From: Tubulanus polymorphus
Lineage: Eukaryota; Animalia; Nemertea
NCBI RefSeq assembly: GCF_964204645.1
Contig: NC_134029.1
Span: 23,802,950-23,866,949 of the forward strand
Direction: 5' to 3'
Length of the DNA stretch: 64,000 nucleotides
Shown one piece after another: positions 1 to 16,077 of this stretch. A model generated the notes under the pieces. The model ran no database searches and was not told the origin of the DNA. It was given only the letters and a program-made list of their open reading frames with translations. The translations under genes were made by a program, and so were the position numbers. The stretch's first letter is position 1. Each line of letters opens with the position of its first letter.

Positions 1-1843
1 ACCCTATTTATTTTGTTGGTAATGATGAAACTAACCAGCGTATGCTTGCCAGCTCGGCAGATAGTAAAGAGCAGCGAAAGACAAGGCACCGAACAACCAC
101 CAGACTTTACTCTGAGCGTAAGATCGTGGAATGAAGCAAACCCCGAAACAAATCGCGAATAATATTCCCAATCTGAAATCAAACATCACATAAACCTTCG
201 ATAAAACAACACATCCGAGTCTGTTGTGATATTATAAAATCCCAGAAAGAGAAACAAGTGCGAAATGTTTTCAGCATTCATGAAGATGACTATTAACAAT
301 GTCGTTGAAACATTGTATCAAATCAACAGCTCAAGAAGGAAACATTTCCGACCTCATTTTCTTACTAAATCTTATTGTCGGTTTTATATCAACGTTTTGC
401 ATCATATAAAATCATCGTAGTTGGTGGAGATGATTTCTAGCAGAGATCATACATACCCGTACGGATAAGGCTGTGGACCGGGGTCAGGATACCCGGTAAC
501 TAACCATCGGCTCACTAACGATACTTCACCAAACACCCAATGTGTCAGATACAACAAACTTCCAAACCCGAGACCGGTGAAAATCCAATAGGATTGTCTC
601 TGTTTCACCGGACGGTCATCTTTCGGCGCATCATCACCTGAATCAATTCATCAAATGTTAAAAGTTTCGTTTTGATTTGGTTTAAAGTAATAGACATCAA
701 ATAATAATCAGTTCTTTTTTTTTAATCACTGACCTGATATGATTTTATCCAATGTTGCTATGAGTGACAGTGTTAATACAACCGAATTGGAGTGATTATT
801 CCACCAGGTTGGAATAAATGTTGTATACCAAATACGCCCAACAAGAACACCTATGAAACCTAGCATCAAACTCCACAATGAAGTAGTCCTAAAATAGAAA
901 ACTGGTGGAATAACATCTACGGTTGTTTCAATAACTGGTGGTTTCACATTGTGTGTGACACTATTGTAGTGTTCTCCACGATAGGTTTAGAGGGGCGGCC
1001 AACCCTGTTCAAAAATCTGCTGCCTCTGCACATGAGTTGTTGTCAATGTTCTATCACAACTTACAATGAAAACAGTGAGTTAAAATTATGCTTAATAATC
1101 CCCTGACTTTTCTGAGTAATTACACAAAATTCCCCGAGTGAATCAGAGAAATTTCTAGGTTTAAAATGTTTCAATTCATTCATTTTTCATTGAATCACGT
1201 ACTGATATACATGATCATTACGATTATCTAAATTCCCCCAGTTTCGCAGGACTGGCCACTCTGAGCTCTCCCTCAGGTATTGAGAACACTACACTGAATG
1301 AGAGACATGAACAAACCTCTGAACGTTGGATCTACTCCAGAAAGTCGCCGTGAACACGAGCATCGCTGCACCATTTCCAACAGCTAAAACGACTAATCGA
1401 TTCAACGTGGTCGGCGCCTGGAACGACGCAACGCTCGCCGCTACAATCAATCGTAAAACACCTAAAAACCATCGATTCTGAATCAGTCGAAAAACGAATC
1501 CAAACGCGGTAATAATCGGCATGAACCAAAACGCAGCGTACGCCTCATAGCCGGATATTTCTAATTCATTCAGAGGATAGAACCAAATCATAGGCCCTAA
1601 ACCTTGAAATAAACTCCAAAATGTGAAACCTGCAAAAATAAGACAGCATTGCGTACATATGACGATTGAAAAGGAAGGCGTTGATAATAATTGCCCAGTT
1701 TCGACGATTTAGAATACATCACACTAGACAACATTATTAGTTTCAATTACCGGCACCAGGTGGCCGAGGAGCACTAAAATGACAGATATCAGCCACTTAC
1801 CCAGTATTGTTTCACGTAACAACAAACGCGAAGTCCCGATCAT
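1..1843 (-). CDS. CWH43: PGAP2-interacting protein / CWH43 homolog, 5' part (multi-exon, runs off window start)
   Basis: Exon 1 [15 protein letters not shown] (ATG at 1843, donor GTAAGT) splices to [30 protein letters not shown], resembling the N-terminus of vertebrate CWH43. Further hydrophobic exons at ~730-890, ~456-638 and <175. Confidence 0.85.
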
Positions 1844-2200
1844 TGTTACAACTATCTATTCAAAAAATGATCTACAGTCGAATTACTCCGGAAACGGTTT
1901 ATTTCGGCCAAATTCCAAAGCGCCTTCACTACAAAGTTGCTTGCGTGGTACGACGCCGGTGGCTCGACGACCTCTAGAAAACGCCACGTAGTCACCGAAA
2001 TACTCACTTGCCACAGTCAGCATGACTTAGTAGACTGGTTACAGGTCTACTCCTATCTTCCATAGAACAGGCAACCAGTCTAGACGACTCACTTGCCACA
2101 GTCACCTCAATACTCACTTGCCACAATCAAATTGACAAGTAGTTATGCCAGGGTTTTTTTCGTCTTTTTTCACACATCGAGGCCGTTACTGCTCATGGTA
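1844..2200. promoter_or_regulatory. Probable bidirectional promoter (CWH43 / ABHD8)
   Basis: Head-to-head genes; ABHD8 5' exon donor CATG|GTAAGG at ~2197; repeated ACTCACTTGCCACA motif (3 copies, 2002-2125). Confidence 0.5.
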
Positions 2201-2446
2201 AGGGAAAATGATTGATCGTTTCGCTTCAAATATAACAAATTTAATTCCTCTAAACACTGAAATAGACAGCAGTAGAGGAAACAAAAATAGACGAACTGTC
2301 ATTCAGTCGAACTAATTACCGAATAAAACCTACAATGAGTTGTTGACTGTGGTGTAAATGAATGCTGTTTTTTTCAGATGGGATACTGCTGCTGCTGCTG
2401 CTGCTGCTACTTTGTGGAAAATGGTTCATGAAACGGTGTTAATAAA

Positions 2447-4397
2447 ATGGCGTGTGGTTGCACGAGTCGTCAGACGAGAAAAGTGTTACCGGAACCCGGT
2501 GCCGATCACGACGACGATATCTACGCATCTATAGAGGTCCGCGCTAATCGATATTTACGGGTTATTCGTGTAAACGATTCATCTTCAAACGGTGCTCCGT
2601 CGCGGCAAACACCTGAAAAATGCAGTATTATCAGCAGCGGAAAAATCAACGAGTTCGAAGAATCAACAATAACCACGGCAACTAGTAGTAATAAAGACAC
2701 TGTGATATATTTCCTCCATGGAGTTGGTGGTTGCGCCGATGTTTGGCGTGGACAGATCGCGTATTTCTCAAATCTCGGATACGATATAGTAGCTCCGGAT
2801 CTGATCGGACACGGTCTCAGTATGGCGCCCGATGATAAGGATGCGTACACCTTCGAAGAGATATTTGATGATATGTTAGCGATGTTTGATAAATTCAGCA
2901 AAAAGACTAATATTCTCGTCGGCCATTCCTACGGGTGAGTATTCACCTGAGAGGTGCAGTGGCCGAGTGGGTTAAGCCGCCGGTTTCGTCAATCCAGGGT
3001 TTATGGGTTCAAACCCTGGTGGTGACTGAGTTTCTTGGTCGAAGGGTTCTTCTCTGGTCTCTCCCCAAATTGGGCAAAAGAAGCATCGAACCCGCTTATA
3101 ATGCCCTGCGTGTTGCTCAGTGGGTTGAGGGTGTAAAAAAAAATGAAATTGATTTGCCTTATGATGACTCAGTAGCTAAAACATTGCTAAATACAAATCA
3201 CTTCTAACAGAAAACTTCATGGTTTCTCGATGTATTGCAGGATTTTCTACTTATACGGGAATTGTGCATTGATCTTATTGATTCAAAAAGTTAGATTTAT
3301 TTTTTCAGAATTTCGAATTTTGGATTCTTTTTCAGAACTGCTTTTGTAACGAAACTTGCCGAAATGCGGCCGTTACTCGTGAAGAAATTGATACTGATTA
3401 GCGGAGGAGGACCTACAGCACTGGCACCTCAACCCGGGATATTCACTTTACCTATCTGTCTCCTCAGTTGCGTTCAACCTGTGATGGTTTGTGGATTCAT
3501 GAGGTAAATATGAAGAACTTACAAACTGAAAAATGAATGGAAGAACTGCTGGGCCTAGTTCTACATTTAATACAGATTAAACCCAATCGAAAATGAACTG
3601 GTTTATTTTTAAGTTAACTCGGAATTGGGCCGTGAATGTTCAAAATTTTCATATTTTAGGAGTGCATTTCATAAGAAAACTAAAGACATTCCGATGTCGA
3701 AAGCTTTTGACGTTCCGACATATGTGTTGAGTCATATTATGCGTGGTCAGAATTGGTTGGAAGGAGATGAAGAATATCACAAACTCATATCGACCTCAAC
3801 TTTACTCATTTACGGCAATAAAGATCCATTAGTTACGTTGGAGGATGAGTTAGAAATGGAAGATGTAAGTTTGAAATATGTGTAATCAATCAGTATTATG
3901 TTAGTTAAGTAGGGGGTCAGGAGTTGATCTAGGGGTCATTTCAAACATAGTACCAATATAATAGGCACAAGATCTTCTATTTATTCTGAATCCTCTGTGA
4001 CAGTTTTATGGGAACTTTCTGGGGTATAAATTACTTAAGTTTAATGGCACAAAATGGGTTGAGTAAATTTGTGATTAATTAATTGAAAAAGGCTTGGCCG
4101 ATATCTCGACTATATGTACTACCCGCTGGTCATTCAGTGCTGTATTAATTTCAGACATTACCCGAAGCTAAATTGGAAGTCATACAAAACGCCAGTCACA
4201 TGGTCATGATCGAATATCCGGAAAAAGTGAGCGAATTAATTCACAGGTTTATCACCGATCGTGAATCGACGCGGCGCACGCTATCGCAGGATTCGATACA
4301 GCTTTCACCGAGACATCGACGTCCGAGTTCTTCAGCGAGATCGCGTAAACGTATCCCGGCACCCGGTAGTCTGATACGGGGTAGTCTTACTATGTAA
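2447..4397 (+). CDS. ABHD8: Alpha/beta hydrolase ABHD8-like (4 coding exons)
   Basis: FLHGVGG, APDLIGHG, nucleophile GHSYG, GNKDP and ASHMVM triad motifs. Exons 2447-2934, ~3336-3502, ~3660-3864, ~4155-4397 with GT-AG junctions. Confidence 0.88.
2949..3143 (+). mobile_element. tRNA-derived SINE, copy 1 (ABHD8 intron)
   Basis: A-box GTGGCCGAGTGG, B-box GGTTCAAACCC, A-rich tail; closely similar copy at 30229-30434. Confidence 0.8.
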
Positions 4398-5435
4398 CAC
4401 TGCTATATGTTAGTCCAGCGTGGAGGCACCGAGAAAAGCAAACCGAAGAACTTCACGCGCTGAAATCGGTCGCTATAGATAATATGTTCGTATTGGAAGA
4501 AAAACCCACAACGTAAAGAAAAACTAGAGAATTTTAAATTTTAAAAAAAAGGCGCAAAAGAATTGAGTTGAAACGTCAAATACTCCGTTGACAGTTTATC
4601 CGCATATTTTGGGTTTTTCTTCAATTGTGAATCGGACAGTTACTCATGTAGGAAAACTAACATTGTGTAGTTTGTATTCAGTGGATCAAAATCTCAGCCT
4701 CACAGCTTCAAAAAAACGAAATTACAAAAATAAGCGCTGCATTTGGCAATTTATGTTCCTAGTGAACAACACGGGAAAGTTTATTTTGTACGATTGTTTA
4801 TAGTATATATTATGAATCTATTTATTACGGTTGGGTAAAAGTGATTACATTAAACCTTGCCTAGCTCAGAATTAACCAACTTTGGAATTTACCTCCCTGT
4901 GACAAAAACGAAATGATAAGCTTTCACGATCCTGAACTCGGACCAATTTTACCAGAGTTAGGCGAGGCTTACTGTATTGGCGTTTCGAGGAAAGTCTTCT
5001 GTTAATGAAGGATTAGTTGAACGTAGATAATTAGAAACTGTTGTATTAATTGATATTGTATAGATTACAGTATGTTTTTTACATGCGTTGTTATATTCAT
5101 TCGTGCTGGTCATGAATCAATGAATCTCTGTTGAATATTTGTCGTTAAATTAAATTGCACTGCTGATCGTTTATTTACATTTTGATACATACAACATATA
5201 AATCAAAAATAACGTTCATTTCAACTTTTTCTATTGCATTTTCACGTATGAATCATCATTTTATAAAATCGACCACTGTTGTGGTATATTCGTATTTTCT
5301 TCACTTTTATTTTTCGAAATGAATCTCCAAAATCAGATAGAAATTAGTCTTGATTGAATGTTTAGATTTTTGCTGGCTAGTTATCCGTCCTCTTTTGTTA
5401 AGTATATTTTACTTAAACTAGTCAGTAATCTGTCT

Positions 5436-5520
5436 GTGGTTTGGTTTCACGATCGGATATTTTCACAAACCACATATTGTTGCGGCCCATCCAATTAATT
5501 AGGTAACTAACTATCCTAGC
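5436..5520 (-). repeat. Dispersed ~130-bp repeat family R
   Basis: Shares TAGTTAGTTACCTAAT...ATATGTGGTTTGTGAAAATATCCGATCGTGAAAC with copies at 6276, 6810, 32287, 32463 and 63456. Confidence 0.75.
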
Positions 5521-5757
5521 AGTCACTGACTCTGTTCTTTTATTTTGTGTCGTTTTATTGCTAATGAAATGGCTTAGCAAATTTTGTTGTTCAGAAAATA
5601 AATCAAGGCTTCATATGAAAACTGGTACTTCTTTAATTATTTTTTTGAAATATCTTTGGGATTCGAACACCCAGTGCTATTTTCCAAGATGGCCGCGCCC
5701 ATGGATAAATTCATCCCGTCCGAAATCCAAAATCTAGAATGAAAATCCGATAAAACA

Positions 5758-9746
<3,989 letters not shown>

Positions 9747-10131
9747 CACATCGAAACTGTGATAGTTATTCATATGTAGACATTGAATCTTGTGTAGAAT
9801 TTTGTGAATATTTACCTTATTTAATAAATTGTATGAAGAAAATTATTGACTATTGTGCAATTTCTGACTAAAGAGACGACGATTGTTGTGGAGGCAAATA
9901 TAATTTCCAGCCTAAACCGAAAATATAAAGAAACAAATTGTAAATGTATATTTTAGGAAGCATCATATATTTACACAGATCTATATGATAATAACGAATA
10001 AAGCATTGAAATAAGTAACAAGTACATTCAAATTACAGTCCAACAATAGACTCGACACCAATCCTCGAGAAAGTGATTGAACTACTGATTAATAGAGACA
10101 CTTAAATCCCTTGGAACATTCTATCTCGTAT

Positions 10132-13100
10132 TCAGCTGTCGACTTTCTTAGGAAGAGCTTTCCTCTCTGATTCTGTGACCATCTGATCCCACATGACAAA
10201 TTCTTTCGATATTAGATTTACCTGACGGTGCCATCAAGGAAGACATTGCAGATGTGATATCAGCTACTGCAGTTACAGGTTTTTTCTTGGGGATTATTCT
10301 ACATTCTCGAGTACCAGTTTTATATAAATATTGTGCGTAAAAGTTTTGAGAGAAATTTCAAAAGGATACAACACTTTGATATTGGTTTAGCAGATCTTTG
10401 GTTTCTTCAGAAAATTCTGCAACTCGATCCTGGAATAAGATGAAATAAGATATAAATTTAGTTCTGTTTTTAAGACACCGAAAATGACTAATATAATTTT
10501 AGCCGGCTGCCGGTAGATATCCAGGGTCGCTGCTTGATATATGGAGAAATTTTGCGCATTTCTTTTACAAGAAAATTTAATGACTTTTGAATGTGTGATA
10601 CTGAGTCAACTGCGGTGTACAGATGGACGGAATTGCAGAAATGACTAAAGATAATGTGGACATTGTTTACATCGGGCAGACGCCATGCCACGTATACTCG
10701 GGTAACATGTGTTTACTATAGTGAAAAGAACATTGTTGTAAATCAACAAACACAGGTGTTACTGAAATAACCACTCCAAAAATAAATGCGTAGTAACCTG
10801 AATTAAATTTATTAGTTTGGCAATAAAATTAGTACCGATCCTTGGACACATTTTGAATATTTTTTTCCACAAAGGATTGGTTTATTTACTGTATTAATCA
10901 ATCTAGTTGGTTCAGCTCTTTGATAATCTATTCTCACCTGTTGCTCAATATGTCGTTTGGTCAATTCTTGGAATTTCTCATTAAGACTAGGAATAACTGG
11001 AATCGAAAAATGGTGGCTAGAATTTAGCGCAAATCCTTACACCGAATGACCTCAAATGTACGAAAAAATCCAAATAAATCAGAAATCTAGAATTTTTCAA
11101 TATTCAGTAAAAATTCTCTAAACAAATCAGGATTTTATCAAGTTGAATTTACCTTTAAGATGTTCACTATCAAGAATTTTCTGAAGTTCTTGTAGCCTCT
11201 CTAGGTCAGCTGCCTGTTTCTTAATCCAATCTTCCTCTGAATAAAATAGCAATTTTCAGTTTTTTCTCCCCCGGAGGAGGCTTATGAGCTAATGGGATAG
11301 AAATGAAAACAAAATTAAGAAGTCTGGTAAACTTTTCAGTAACTCACCTGCTAAAAGTATGTCTAATTTAGCAGGATCGGATAATGTCAATCTGTCGGTG
11401 AACCCATGGTCCATGTAACGCTCTACTTCTGGTACTAGAACAAAATCGAGCAAAAATTCTAACATGTAAACTTAAGCCTAGCGCACATCGACACTGCGAT
11501 TGGAGACAACTAGTTGCTACCGAACGATTACCCCGCGCACATCGAAATCTAGTTACAACCGGTCAGTTGCAGCAACTGCATGGCGCGTGTCGATCGTCGA
11601 GATCCAGAGCGCGCACATCGACGGATATGACTGCGATTGAGTACAACCAGTTGCTCAAAAGTAGAACATGGGCAACTGGCTGGAACTGGAGATAGATCGA
11701 CGCTTACCAATCGTAAGCTCGCTCACATCGACACATTCAAGCAACTGATCGTATCCAGCCAGTTCCTCTCATGCGCCGAAAACTGCCTTGCAACTAGTGG
11801 TCTCCAATCGCAGTGTCGATGTGCGCTAGGCTCTAGTAATCGTTATGCACGAATGCAAGATGGCTATAATAACTTTCAACAATAGTTCAATAACTTGTTC
11901 TTTTGACTTACGTCTATTGAGTATCTTTGCAAACTTTTCTTTGCCAGTCACTCCACTTACAAGTTTTGTATTTATTGCCCCCAGTGTATCAATACACTGA
12001 AATAAACGAATAATTGCTGAATTATTAAAGAATCAGAAAAAAATGTAAATCAAACAAAGAGATTTTTCAGAAAAATTATCAAATGCTGTTGTTAGTGTTA
12101 AACAAATCAGAAAAAGGAAGGCTTTATGTATTATAAGAAAAAAAGTGTATGTGATGTTTCAGTTCAGTCGAGCAAGAACAGAAAACAAAAAGAAAATTTT
12201 GATGAAAAATGGTGAAATGGCATAAAGAAGAAGAATTATGTTAATATAACCCTCAACCAGGTTCATAAATGGTGAAATATAAATGCGTATATATCGTATT
12301 TTTTATTTAGTGCAATATCATATGGAATTAATATATATATATAAAGCATGTTGATTTCACCGAAATTGGATTAAATAAAGCAAACTGGATCCCCTTTAGC
12401 ACTGAATGCGGTATGCATGGAATCCCAGAACCATCATCCCTATAAAACCATTTTATAAATAACTAATGTTCTAAAACATTTAAAAAGAAATTACGACCCA
12501 TTTGTACCAACGAAAATATCTAAATTCTAAGACCTTTTGAATGCATCAATTTGTGACCGCATTTAAAAATGGCAAAATATCTAACACCTCATTTTGAAAA
12601 CACCTTGGTTACATTGGATATGATCAACAAACAAACATTGGACGCATCAACAAACAAATAACATAGTCACTGCTTAAGAATTTTTAAAAATTTCTTGACC
12701 AAAACTAAACCAGCAAAATGATGTCTGTCATTTAATGTATTACTTGAAAGATCCATAAATTGTTTGTTGATGAATGTTAAATATAGTTTTCATAACTATT
12801 CTAAATCAATGAAGTAGAAAGAATTACCGGCTCAAATTCACCCATCTGAAATAAATCACTCACTGTGTTATCAATAATCAAGAAAATGAGATTCCGATGC
12901 CATTTATTGCATTGCAGTTTATTTTTACAAGATGGAGGGATAGTAGGCCTGCTGTAAAAAGAAATGACCTAATTTGTTTTAACATACTAAACATTGGTAT
13001 TTGTGGAATTGAACAGAGGAATAAGGACAAACATTCCATAAATGGTAACGAGATCCAGCTGTAGATCGTTTCAGTCATGAATTCTCCTTACACTTCCGCG

Positions 13101-13321
13101 ATTTGTGGGTTTTACCGAACCCGGAAGTAATTCGCACACCGGATTCTCGCTCGATTCTCTCAATTCCTGCTCATCTCAACATTTTTAAAGCGACTCATTT
13201 TGATAAATAATAAATCGATGCTTACGCGGGGGTACATTGCATCCTTATCATTGTCACCAAAGATGAATTGTTCCAGTTTTGCGACGCGGTCCTCCACTGT
13301 TTCGAGCCACACGTCCGCCAT
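10132..13321 (-). CDS. DCTN3: Dynactin subunit 3 (p22/p24), 7 small exons, missed by the ORF track
   Basis: Spliced translation MADVWLETVEDRVAKLEQFIFG...CIDTLGAINTKL...LPEVERYMDHGFTDRLTLSDPAKLDILLAEEDWI...LDSEHLK...HIEQQDRVAEFSEETKDLLNQY...LISKEFVMWDQ matches the DCTN3 pattern (KLxFILAEE, HIQQQD, SKQFVQWD). Confidence 0.9.
11475..11832. mobile_element. Non-autonomous Harbinger-like element in DCTN3 intron
   Basis: ~43-bp TIR AGCCTAGCGCACATCGACACTGCGATTGGAGACMACTAGTTGC, flanks TTA/CTA, internal GCGCACATCGA subterminal repeats. Confidence 0.8.
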
Positions 13322-13665
13322 TTTGAGATCTTGGTGAGGGGCCGTCTCAGTCCGAGTGTACTTAACCTAAAATGCTCCCTTTTCAAGCATTTATAGTTTA
13401 ACGGTCCAAGACTACCGAAAACATTATGATTTGAATATTACAGTAATTTATTCGAGAAAAAACCGTCTATGAATAATGATTTTTGGTCTGGGGATTTGGG
13501 ATTATTTAAATATATGACATGACCCCTTCGTCAATGACCTGAAATTACTTCCGGGTTGGAAGGAAAATCCTTGACGGCGGCGTGACTTCCCGAAATCGGG
13601 TCGTTTTCCCACGATTAAAAGCTTCAGCGTTGTGTTTGCAGTTTCGCCGAAATTGTAGATGTCCA
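13322..13665. promoter_or_regulatory. Bidirectional promoter DCTN3 / LARP6
   Basis: Start codons ~345 bp apart head-to-head; ETS-type ACTTCCGG (~13547); YY1-like AAAATGGCG overlapping the DCTN3 start and the LARP6 ATG at 13699. Confidence 0.6.
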
Positions 13666-15704
13666 ATGAGTGAAGTAAGTGGCGAAACATCCGTAAAAAT
13701 GGCGTCGAACAACGAAGAAACATTTAAAAACTTGGTAACATCTGGCGCCGGAGAGAGCGGTGCAGCGATGACTCACAGTCATGAATCGCATGACAACGCG
13801 GCCAATAATGATGATGCAAGTGCATTAGCAACTGTCAGTGACAGCGAAAAGGCAGTTATAAAAGAAAGATCACCAGATCAAGCTCATCACAGTAATAAGA
13901 AGACTACAATCATGGCACCAGTTCTCAGAGTTGAACAACATGAAGATGGTGTTGTTGAGAGTTCTGTCTATTATGATAATGAAATCCCTACATCGCATGA
14001 GGTCGAAGTGTCGCCATCGGTTTCAGATCAAGAAAGTATTCAATCTGGTAAGTAATTACGTTAAATTTAAACAGTTGAAAAATTAAGCGATAGGGGTTTG
14101 TGCATCAAGTTTGGGAATTTTGAAATGGAAAATTTTGCTTTGGTCAAATTCAGTCAATTGAATTGATTCAATTTTGATCTTTGTGGAGTTGAATTTAGCC
14201 TAACGCATTTATTTCATTTCTCTTTTCAGACCATTCAGCGAAAAAAGACGTCAAGCAAAAAATCCTGCCCGAATTAGTTCTGCCTGACGAAGAGACGAGA
14301 GACAAGATCATCGCTCAGGTCGAATTCTACTTCTCCGATGAAAACATCCTGAAAGACGCGTTCCTTTTGAAGCACGTTCGTCGTAACAGACAAGGCTACG
14401 TTAACATCAAACTGATCACGTCTTTCAAGAGAGTGAAATCGTTGTCGAAAGATTATCGCGTCGTCGCTTACAGTTTGGGTTTCTCGAGTAAACTATCGGT
14501 GAACGAAGAAGGCACGAAGGTCTGTCGTAATCAACCGCTGCCGGAATTCGACGAGACGACTCCGTCTCGTACGGTCGTCGTCGTCAACCTTCCGCTCGAG
14601 AATCCGACCATCGAGAGCGTCGCCGAGATATTCAAAAACTGCGGCGAGATCGCGCTGGTTCGAATTCTACGTCCGGGAAAAACGATCCCCGGCGACATCA
14701 AGAAACACAGCAATAAACACCCGGAGATCGGGCAGACGATGTGCGCGGTGGTCGAGTTCGAACAGCACGACTCGGCGAACGAAGCTTGTAAAATGACGGT
14801 GGAAGGAAACGATATGAGAGTCGCTTTATTAGCGGCGAAACAACCGAAGAAAGAGAAAACACCGAATAATAACAAGCTCGTCGCTAAACCGAACCACGGT
14901 AAGAAAATACGAATTCCGACTAAGGAGCTGGACGCCAGGTCGAATGAGTTCCGTCCCGGTTACAAATGGAGGGACGGTAATCGATCGGATTCGTCGGACA
15001 AAAGCGAAGGCAAACCGGCGAAGAAAGTTCTCGAGAAACCAAAGATTAATAAACCGGACGGCGATAAATCGGACAGCGACGCTGAATCGAAGCTCGCCGG
15101 ATGGAAGGACGTTCCAGCATCGGGGAAGAGAAATAAAAACAATAAGAAACGCTGGAATAAAGATCACCTGACCGAAGCAGACGTGACGTGTAGTAGCGGT
15201 TCAGAGATCGAGATGTCGTCTTCACCGAGCGAACGCGATAATAACTGGAGGTGTTCGCTGAGTCCGGGAAAACCCGTCGATAGAAATCACCTCAGTCCCG
15301 CTAGTACGCCGGCTTCCAGTCCGCGAGGTAGTCCGCGTTCCAGTCCCGGTCAGAAACGCAAGACTATGCCGCAGAAGTCTCCTCTGGCAGCCGAAGGAGG
15401 TCTCAGTCCGCGTCAAAGTCCGAAGCCGAGTCCGTTGAGCAGTCCGGAGTCGATTAGGCGTAACCGCGCCGATTCGAACGAGGCCGTTTCGCCTGGTGGA
15501 AGTCCGTGGGTCCAGAGACGTCTGAAAGCCGCTAAAGAGATCAGTCCGCTCGTGTCGGCGATTAGTCCGTCTGGTAGTCCTCTGATTCAACGTAAAGGTT
15601 TAGACGATACAGCGCGTATTACGAGACAACCACGAGGTCCCGATGGAACGAGAGGGTTCGCGTTCGGTAGAGGTAAGCCTTTATTGACCGTCGAAGCTTC
15701 TTAA
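13666..15704 (+). CDS. LARP6: La-related protein 6 (2 exons: 13666-14047, 14230-15704; start may be 13699)
   Basis: La motif QVEFYFSDENILKDAFLLKHVRRN, RRM (PSRTVVVVNLP...AVVEFE), SP-rich linker and C-terminal LSA/SUZ-C motif ITRQPRGPDGTRGF. Confidence 0.95.
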
Positions 15705-15969
15705 ATGAAGCGTTCGATTTCATAAATGTTTTGAATTCAGCTGGAAACTTTGATCGCTCGAAATAATTGTGAAATAATCTGATTTGTCGTTGTCTGTGAC
15801 ACTGCAGTTTAGATTAGAGTTGTAGTATACATACTATAGTTGCACTAGTGATGAATTTTACTCGGTCTATTCAGGCAAGCTATACTACCATACAGGGCAT
15901 GAACAGCCCAATATTTAGATCTGCTCTATCAGAAAAAAGCCGCAATCGCGTAGCGCTAATTTCGATCTG

Positions 15970-16077
15970 GACCCAGTTCCACAGCTGTGAGTTAGGGTTA
16001 ACTCTGAGTTAAAGTTAGTTCATTTTCAATCAGTTAACTCAGAGTCAAATCTTAACTCACAACTGTGGAACTGGACC
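15970..16077. mobile_element. ~110-bp palindromic MITE family H (in probable LARP6 3' UTR)
   Basis: GACCCAGTTCCACAG...CTGTGGAACTGGACC flanked by CTG/CTG; copies at 24598, 26889 and 31793. Confidence 0.8.

Noticed and set aside
2949-3020. tRNA gene
   Set aside because: Has A/B boxes but no cloverleaf; continues into a shared body and A-tail, so it is a SINE.
14531-15590. Several antisense or alternate-frame ORFs over LARP6
   Set aside because: Shadow ORFs of a GC-rich coding exon; no recognisable motifs.
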